DNA from: Verrucomicrobiota bacterium
GTDB taxonomy: Bacteria; Verrucomicrobiota; Verrucomicrobiia; Methylacidiphilales; Verrucolacustridaceae
Reading direction: 5' to 3'
DNA length: 14,430 nucleotides
NCBI GenBank assembly: GCA_010024525.1
Contig: RGGS01000009.1
Location: 1 to 14,430 of the forward strand
Below, piece after piece: positions 9,762 to 14,430 of this stretch (position 1 is the stretch's first letter; each line of letters opens with the position of its first letter). The position numbers were made by a program, and so were the translations under genes. The notes under the pieces are model-generated. The model was given only the letters and a program-made list of their open reading frames with translations. It had not been told where the DNA came from and searched no databases.

Positions 9762-9787
9762 CCCCGTCCTCGCAGATTCGGACGGGG
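9762..9787 (-). terminator. Hairpin formed by the tRNA 3' acceptor strand and its trailer (possible terminator or processing structure)
   Basis: The minus strand reads CCCCGTCC-gaatctgcga-GGACGGGG (8-bp stem, 10-nt loop), followed by the only moderately T-rich TAAGTCTTTCATATTC. The 5' arm is the last 8 nt of the tRNA body. Confidence 0.3.
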
Positions 9788-9865
9788 TGGGATTTGAACC
9801 CACGGTAGGGTTTCCCCTACTCCTGATTTCGAGTCAGGTACATTAAACCGCTCTGCCACCCGTCC
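9779..9865 (-). tRNA. tRNA-Ser (anticodon CGA), class II with long variable arm; CCA not encoded
   Basis: The reverse complement is GGACGGGTGGCAGAGCGGTTTAATGTACCTGACTCGAAATCAGGAGTAGGGGAAACCCTACCGTGGGTTCAAATCCCACCCCGTCCG. It folds with a 7-bp acceptor stem (GGACGGG/CCCGTCC), anticodon stem CCTGA/TCAGG with loop CTCGAAA, variable arm GTAGGG-gaaa-CCCTAC, and T arm GTGGG-TTCAAAT-CCCAC. It is nearly collinear with E. coli tRNA-Ser(CGA). Confidence 0.93.
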
Positions 9866-9872
9866 AGATTTG

Positions 9873-9900
9873 AGCATAGGCTGGCTAAAGCATCGCTCAA
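9873..9900 (-). promoter_or_regulatory. Candidate sigma70-like promoter for tRNA-Ser (TTGAGC-N16-TATGCT, 7 nt before the tRNA 5' end)
   Basis: The minus strand reads TTGAGC (9900..9895), a 16-nt spacer, TATGCT (9878..9873), then caaatct, then the mature 5' G at 9865. Confidence 0.35.
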
Positions 9901-9946
9901 GCTTGGGCATTTGACCTCAATATGATTCTGGCCTTTAATCGAACTC

Positions 9947-10135
9947 ATGTCCGATCCCCTGTCACATGTAAATCTTCCTGCCTCCGGCATTACCACCCAC
10001 TTTACGGACGAAGCCCGGGCTGCCTTGGCGGGGTATGGTGAGTATGGGGGGATGCTGCTCATAGGCCTCGCCACGATCCTCAGTCGCCGACTTAGGGAAA
10101 TGAACAAAAAATACGTCGACGCCGCGCGCGTCTGA
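9947..10135 (+). CDS. Hypothetical small protein (62 aa) with one hydrophobic segment; may not be coding
   Basis: ORF-track entry MSDPLSHVNLPASGITTHFTDEARAALAGYGEYGGMLLIGLATILSRRLREMNKKYVDAARV. It is the only non-overlapping ORF in the 340-nt gap between the tRNA and the STAS gene. No recognisable family or SD. Confidence 0.25.
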   Translation: MSDPLSHVNLPASGITTHFTDEARAALAGYGEYGGMLLIGLATILSRRLREMNKKYVDAARV

Positions 10136-10206
10136 CCCATTGTGCCACGGTCGGAGCCCGGGAACACGGGATTGCTCAACAGGGTGCTCTCGGCCAATCT
10201 ATCTTT

Positions 10207-10821
10207 ATGGATCTGATGCAAGCCAAGAGGGATGGGTCCGGCACGGTGATCACCTTTGTGGGTCGGTTGGACACGGTTGCCAGCCAGCAGCTCAAAGCCC
10301 CCATTCGCGCGGAGCTAGACCGTCAACCGACCAACTTAACCCTGAATTTCCGCGATGTGACATATATTGGTTCCGCGGTTCTTCGCCTAATCTTTGAGGC
10401 GGCCCGCGAACTCCAGAGACGAAACGGAACATTTCGCGTCATGGAATGCAGCCCCGACATCCGTCGGGTTTTTGCCCTCACCGGGATGGATCATCTCGTC
10501 GACGGAAGCTCCACTCCTCCCGTGACCCACGAGACCAAGGACGGAACTTTGCGGATTTTTATCCAAGGGCGGATGGACGCCGTGCGAGTGGGCGAAGTTC
10601 GCGACTCCGTCCGCAAACTGGTCGCAGCCCACCGCGGTCCCGTCCGTTTCGATATCACTGCTGTCCCGTATGCCGCCTCCGCTTTCGTGCATCTTTGCAT
10701 CGATGCGAGCAAGACCGCCAAGGCCTCGGGAAACAACTTTGGACTGGAACGGGTGGTTCCTGAAGTGGCTCAGGTTTTCCGTCTGGCCGGCCTCCAGTCT
10801 CTCCTGCTCTCTTCCATATGA
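10207..10821 (+). CDS. Tandem (double) STAS-domain protein, anti-sigma-factor-antagonist-like (SpoIIAA/RsbV family)
   Basis: The 204-aa product has two STAS-like halves. The first is aa 1-98 (GTVITFVGRLDTVASQQL...LNFRDVTYIGSAVLRLI...DIRRVFALTGMD). The second is aa 113-204 (GTLRIFIQGRMDAVRVGEV...RFDITAVPYAASAFVHLCI...EVAQVFRLAGLQ). They are joined by a Pro/Thr linker. A Ser sits at the SpoIIAA Ser58-equivalent position in both halves (S56, S158). Confidence 0.8.
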   Translation: MDLMQAKRDGSGTVITFVGRLDTVASQQLKAPIRAELDRQPTNLTLNFRDVTYIGSAVLRLIFEAARELQRRNGTFRVMECSPDIRRVFALTGMDHLVDGSSTPPVTHETKDGTLRIFIQGRMDAVRVGEVRDSVRKLVAAHRGPVRFDITAVPYAASAFVHLCIDASKTAKASGNNFGLERVVPEVAQVFRLAGLQSLLLSSI

Positions 10822-11255
10822 AGAATCCTGAAGTCCGCGTGACCGTCAAAAACCGGATTGAAGATCTCCTTCGGGTAAACTCGGTTTTCGAGAGTTTCGC
10901 CACCCAGCATGAAATTGGGGGTCGTTTACGGTATCACCTGTTGGTCTCGATTGAGGAAATTCTGACTAACATCATCAAGTATGGTTTTGATGAGGAGGGG
11001 GTTCATCCGATCCACATCACCTTCCGTCACAGTCATGGCCAGATTGAAATGGAGTTCGAGGATCGGGGTCGTGAATTCAACCCACTGGAAATAAGCGAAC
11101 CAGACCTGGAAAGCCCTATTGAAAACCGTCAGCTTGGCGGCTTAGGAATTCACTTGGTGAGGCAAATGATGGACGAGGCCAAATACCGAAGAGAAGGCGA
11201 CCGAAATATCCTTATGCTCCGCAAGGCCAAAACCACCCCTTCAACCGCAGCGTAA
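10818..11255 (+). CDS. Anti-sigma-factor-type serine protein kinase (SpoIIAB/RsbW-like, HATPase_c_2)
   Basis: The 145-aa product has an N-box-like SIEEILTNIIKYG, DRGREFNP, and GGLGIHLVRQMMDE, with size typical of RsbW/SpoIIAB. Its start overlaps the upstream stop as ATGA (10818-10821), suggesting translational coupling. Confidence 0.85.
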   Translation: MKNPEVRVTVKNRIEDLLRVNSVFESFATQHEIGGRLRYHLLVSIEEILTNIIKYGFDEEGVHPIHITFRHSHGQIEMEFEDRGREFNPLEISEPDLESPIENRQLGGLGIHLVRQMMDEAKYRREGDRNILMLRKAKTTPSTAA

Positions 11256-11291
11256 ACCGTTCTCGTCCGACCCTGAAGGCGTAAAAGGATG

Positions 11292-11309
11292 CCCCAACCG
11301 GGGTTATTT
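11292..11309. terminator. Weak GC hairpin plus T-tract between the convergent kinase and STAS genes
   Basis: CCCC-aacc-GGGG (11292-11303) is followed by TTATTT. The stem is only 4 bp and the T-tract overlaps the stop codon of the minus-strand STAS gene. Confidence 0.2.
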
Positions 11310-11636
11310 CAGCGCGTCCGCGCGTGAGGAGTGGATGGTAAACAACGCAGAAAAACCGCTGATATCAAAGACTTCCTTCACATGGGGCTGCAATGCTGCC
11401 AAGGAGATCACCCCACCGGCTGCCTTCATCTTCTTTACGGCCAACAAGAGAGAACGAAGCCCGGCGCTGCTAATAAAATCCAGCGAGGCGCAGTCCAACA
11501 CCAGTTTCTTCTCCCCTTTGTCAATCACACCAATTAAAGCCTGCTCCACTCCCGGCGCACTGGTCGCGTCCACTTTCCCCTGAAGTTGCACCACCGTTCC
11601 GTTGCCTTCCTTGTTGGTGTGAATTTGTACGCTCAT
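11304..11636 (-). CDS. Single-domain STAS anti-sigma-factor antagonist (SpoIIAA/RsbV-like)
   Basis: From the Met at 11636 (110 aa): MSVQIHTNKEGNGTVVQLQGKVDATSAPGVEQAL...LVLDCASLDFISSAGLRSLLLAVKK...HVKEVFDISGFSALFTIH. This includes the canonical D-x-S-x-L-x-F-I-S-S-x-G-L phospho-Ser motif (S57). Upstream ATGs at 11666 and 11699 are alternatives. Confidence 0.85.
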   Translation of the reverse strand: MSVQIHTNKEGNGTVVQLQGKVDATSAPGVEQALIGVIDKGEKKLVLDCASLDFISSAGLRSLLLAVKKMKAAGGVISLAALQPHVKEVFDISGFSALFTIHSSRADALK

Positions 11637-11732
11637 GGAAAAAGAATTGCCGACAGTTAACCCCATGTCGAGCAGGATTCCCTCGACATAAACTTGCACC
11701 CCACATGGGGATTGACGATCCTAGCCCCCATC

Positions 11733-12269
11733 ATGAAACCCGACCCACTTGCGGATCATATCCGCACCGTCCCTGATTATCCCAAAAAAGGAATTCTTTT
11801 CCGTGACATCACCCCACTCCTCGGCAACGCCCAGGCCTTGACCGAGGCCTGCCGCCGGATGGCAGAACCTTTCCAAACCTCCCCTCCCTTGTTTGTGGCA
11901 GGCATCGAGGCACGGGGTTTCATCCTCGGGGGGATTGTGGCGCAAATCCTTGGCGCAGGCTTTATCCCCGTGAGGAAACCAGGAAAACTGCCTGCCAAAT
12001 CAGTAAGTCGCGAGTACGCACTGGAGTATGGTTCCGGCACCCTCGAACTCCACCAGGACTGTGTGAAGAAGGGCCAGCGGGTGTTGCTGGTGGATGATTT
12101 GATCGCGACCGGAGGTTCGGCAGAGGCGGCCGTGCTTCTCCTCCGCTCCCTGGGGGCCGTGGTAGAGTCAGGATCCTTCCTGGTGGATTTGCCTGATCTC
12201 GGCGGACGCCAACGCCTCGAAAAGATCGGACTGAAAGTCCACTGCCTTTTGGAATATCCGGGAGAGTGA
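11733..12269 (+). CDS. apt: Adenine phosphoribosyltransferase
   Basis: From the Met at 11733 (178 aa): IRTVPDYPKKGILFRDITPLL, GIEARGFILGG, FIPVRKPGKLP, EYALEYG and the PRPP motif VLLVDDLIATGGS. This is the full Apt signature set. Confidence 0.93.
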   Translation: MKPDPLADHIRTVPDYPKKGILFRDITPLLGNAQALTEACRRMAEPFQTSPPLFVAGIEARGFILGGIVAQILGAGFIPVRKPGKLPAKSVSREYALEYGSGTLELHQDCVKKGQRVLLVDDLIATGGSAEAAVLLLRSLGAVVESGSFLVDLPDLGGRQRLEKIGLKVHCLLEYPGE

Positions 12270-13453
12270 TACCTACCAGACGCTTTGGCCGTACCGGCTT
12301 GCCGATGCCGGTACTCACCTGCGGTGGAATGCGATTTCAGCACCGCTGGGATGAGGATCCTCCCAAACCCATCCCGGCGGAGAACCAGACCAATTTGGAA
12401 AAAACCATCCACCGGGCTCTTGAGCTTGGCATCCGCCACATTGAAACGGCCAGGGGTTATGGAACTTCCGAAGCCCAACTGAGTCCAGTTCTCCAAAAAA
12501 TCCCCAGGGATCGATTCATCCTGCAGACCAAAGTCGCACCCCAGTCTACCCCGAATGAGTTTGAGAAGGTTTTCCAAACCTCCCTCTCCCGGCTTGGCCT
12601 TCCCTGGGTCGACCTCTTCTCCCTTCACGGGATCAACGACCGAGAGACCATGGAATGGTCCCTGCGTCCAGGCGGGTGTCTGGACCGGGCACGCGAATGG
12701 CAAAAAAAGGGATTGTGCCGCTGGGTCGGCTTCTCCACCCACGGATCCCCCGAGCTGGTCGAGGAACTGGTTTCCAGCGGACGTTTCGATTACGTCAATC
12801 TGCACTGGTACTACATTTTTCAGGAACACACCCGGTCCCTTGCGGCGGCCCAAAAGAACGACATGGGCGTATTTATCATCAGCCCCAATGACAAGGGTGG
12901 AATGTTGTATAAACCACCCCCTCTCCTTCGCACCCTTACCGATCCCCTGAGCCCGATGACCTTCAATATACTCTTCTGCCTAAGAAATCCCCTGATTCAC
13001 ACGCTCTCGATTGGGGCCGCCCGACCGACCGACTTCGACGAACACGTGCGCGCCACCCAACAACTCAACCAAGTTGATCAGATCCTCCCATCCATCGAGA
13101 AAAAGCTACAGGCCCGATGGGAGGAGGCTCTACCACCGAAATGGAGAAGCAGTTGGGATCAAGGTCTGCCGCACTGGTCGCAGTGCCCCAAAGAGGCAAA
13201 CTTCCGTGAAATTCTAAGGCTCCACAACCTGGCCATCGCCTACGACCTCGAGGACTATGCCAGAATGAGATACAACCTGCTTGGCCAAGGGGGACACTGG
13301 TTTCCCGGCCAACCTCTTGGATCCCTCACGGCGGAGCAAGTGCGCCCCTTCTTGTCTCGTTGCCCCGACCCTGAGTTCACCCTGGCCCGTCTATTTGCCG
13401 CCCGGGACTTGCTTGCCGGCGAGAAAGTGAAACGCCTGAGCCGGTCAGACTGA
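12266..13453 (+). CDS. Aldo/keto reductase family oxidoreductase (long form, 395 aa)
   Basis: RRFGRTGLPMPVLTCGGM, GIRHIETARGYGTSE, ILQTKV, VDLFSLHGIN, GFSTHG and VNLHWYY fit the AKR fold with a Tyr/Lys/His catalytic set. Glu replaces the usual Asp of DTA-x2-Y. The GTG start overlaps the apt stop (GTGA, 12266-12269). Confidence 0.85.
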   Translation: MIPTRRFGRTGLPMPVLTCGGMRFQHRWDEDPPKPIPAENQTNLEKTIHRALELGIRHIETARGYGTSEAQLSPVLQKIPRDRFILQTKVAPQSTPNEFEKVFQTSLSRLGLPWVDLFSLHGINDRETMEWSLRPGGCLDRAREWQKKGLCRWVGFSTHGSPELVEELVSSGRFDYVNLHWYYIFQEHTRSLAAAQKNDMGVFIISPNDKGGMLYKPPPLLRTLTDPLSPMTFNILFCLRNPLIHTLSIGAARPTDFDEHVRATQQLNQVDQILPSIEKKLQARWEEALPPKWRSSWDQGLPHWSQCPKEANFREILRLHNLAIAYDLEDYARMRYNLLGQGGHWFPGQPLGSLTAEQVRPFLSRCPDPEFTLARLFAARDLLAGEKVKRLSRSD

Positions 13454-13460
13454 CCCCCCT

Positions 13461-13859
13461 CTACTCTCTCCCCCAGGCTCGCCGATAGACGCTTCGCCCT
13501 TCCTGCTTAAACAGTTCTTCAAATTCGCTGGTAGGTTCTTCCAGCCCCTTCCAATCCTGCTGGGCTTTCCATCCGGAACAACGGGCCATCTCGGCGCAGG
13601 CCCATTGAAAATAGTCGGCGTCATCTGTGGTCAATTTAAGCACTCCCCCGGAGCGAACGGCGCGCGCCAAGTCCCCCAATAAACGCTCCACCGCCACAAA
13701 ATCCCTTTCGGGCTCACGTTGGGCCCTTGCCTCGGCATAAATGCCATCCCCAGCCCCCAGATCCACCTCGACCGGCGCAGAGCGACCAAAGACCTCCGGC
13801 CATGCATAAGGCGGGAAAAGACGGGTACTAGGAAGCCAAGGATCCTTGGAGGGATCCAA
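13461..13859 (-). CDS. trmB: TrmB-like tRNA (guanine-N7)-methyltransferase remnant with in-frame internal deletion (possible pseudogene)
   Basis: WPEVFGRSAPVEVDLGAGDGIY...ERDFVAVE matches TrmB (E. coli PALFGREAPVTLEIGFGMG...DFLGIE). It then jumps directly to LLGDLARAVRSGGVLKLTTDDADYFQW (E. coli ...LQLGGVFHMATDWEPYAEH) and TSEFEELFKQEGRSVYR (TKFEQRGHRLGHGVW). I chose the TTG at 13859 as start because upstream ORF sequence overlaps the preceding gene and looks non-coding. The start codon is uncertain. Confidence 0.55.
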   Translation of the reverse strand: MDPSKDPWLPSTRLFPPYAWPEVFGRSAPVEVDLGAGDGIYAEARAQREPERDFVAVERLLGDLARAVRSGGVLKLTTDDADYFQWACAEMARCSGWKAQQDWKGLEEPTSEFEELFKQEGRSVYRRAWGRE

Positions 13860-13866
13860 AACCGGA

Positions 13867-14430
13867 TTAGCGGCGCTTTTTGCCACCGAGGCGGACAACC
13901 GACTTGCCGGTGGAACGGGCCTTGACCTTGGCAACCAACCCGTTGCGCTTGCTTTTGCTGGAACCGTGTCCGTTCCGTTTGGGCTTGGAAGACGAGCCTT
14001 CATCAGCCCCGGCGGGTGACTTGACCTTGAAAAGTCGCACATCACGGAGGCGGGCTATAGCCACCTTGGTTTTCTTCTGCGCTTTTGCCCAATAGACCAT
14101 GGCAAAACCTTCCCCCACCTCGACTACTTCACCCGCATCGCTGCGACGGGAATCCAGACGAGAAATGGTGGAGCCACAAACGGGATACGGTCCCAAGGGG
14201 GGCGGTTGACGCCGGGCCACGACATGACCATTCCCATTACGGCCGTTCAATCCCCCCACCTCCTTAGTGGGCGCGCCTTCCCGGACCGGAATCGCCCGGC
14301 GCTCTACAAACATCTGAATCGCCTTCTGCACCTCAGGCAGGGACAGGTGATACTTGCGGGCGGTATCCACCATGTTGAAGTTCTCTTCAAGAATATCGCG
14401 GTCGATCTGACCTCCAGGCCCATTGGGGGA
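13867..14430 (-). CDS. Hypothetical protein, C-terminal 187 aa (gene starts beyond the right edge), with a Lys/Arg-rich tail suggesting nucleic-acid binding
   Basis: The frame is open from position 14430: SPNGPGGQIDRDILEENFNMVDTARKYHLSLPEVQKAIQMFVERRAIPV...GEVVEVGEGFAMVYWAKAQKKTKVAIARLRDVRLFKV...KPKRNGHGSSKSKRNGLVAKVKARSTGKSVVRLGGKKRR*. The Met at 14373 used by the ORF track is probably internal. No family recognised by eye. Confidence 0.6.
   Translation of the reverse strand, partial: SPNGPGGQIDRDILEENFNMVDTARKYHLSLPEVQKAIQMFVERRAIPVREGAPTKEVGGLNGRNGNGHVVARRQPPPLGPYPVCGSTISRLDSRRSDAGEVVEVGEGFAMVYWAKAQKKTKVAIARLRDVRLFKVKSPAGADEGSSSKPKRNGHGSSKSKRNGLVAKVKARSTGKSVVRLGGKKRR

Noticed and set aside
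9817-10221. 134-aa minus-strand ORF (also 9671-9910 minus and 9620-9808 plus)
   Set aside because: These overlap the tRNA-Ser gene and its promoter region. tRNA genes do not host same-locus protein genes, and the products have no features.
10140-10903. Alternative-frame ORFs around the STAS and kinase genes (10140-10397 +, 10387-10692 -, 10446-10763 +, 10491-10736 -, 10655-10903 -)
   Set aside because: They overlap the tandem-STAS gene, which has recognisable domain motifs. None shows motifs of its own.
11777-12853. 358-aa ORF on the minus strand
   Set aside because: It is antisense to apt and the aldo/keto reductase, both with strong family signatures. The product is Pro/Ser/Arg/Gly-rich low-complexity sequence.
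13860-14045. N-terminal 62 codons of the 194-aa ORF-track version of the trmB-like gene
   Set aside because: This part overlaps the basic C-terminal tail of the upstream gene in another frame. It encodes Pro/Ser/Arg-rich sequence with no TrmB similarity. TrmB-like similarity begins only downstream of 13859.

Overview
Dense bacterial chromosomal segment of moderate-to-high GC with mostly weak or absent Shine-Dalgarno motifs. The gene content would fit a PVC/Verrucomicrobia-like organism, but that is only a guess. I call 18 protein-coding genes (two run off the window edges, three are low-confidence small ORFs) and one tRNA-Ser(CGA). Left to right: a secreted Gly/Tyr-rich protein (partial); a small secreted HCGHCG peptide; a YkgJ-type Cys-cluster protein; a umuD-umuC translesion polymerase operon (minus strand); and a small membrane protein. 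Next comes a same-strand trio: a divergent FMN-dependent 2-hydroxy-acid oxidase-like enzyme, an IpdC/PDC-family ThDP decarboxylase, and catalase-peroxidase KatG. After these: a cytochrome b562 homologue; tRNA-Ser; and an Rsb/SpoIIA-type partner-switching module (tandem-STAS protein, serine kinase, convergent single STAS protein) with no sigma factor nearby. The right end holds apt, a long aldo/keto reductase, a TrmB-like methyltransferase with an in-frame internal deletion, and the 3' part of a gene whose product has a basic tail. I found no CRISPR array, transposase, integrase or long repeat. The most interesting items are the oxidase/decarboxylase/KatG trio with its atypical oxidase, the sigma-less partner-switching module, the internally deleted trmB, and the HCGHCG peptide next to YkgJ. 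All family assignments rest on motif recognition by eye. No database search was run.
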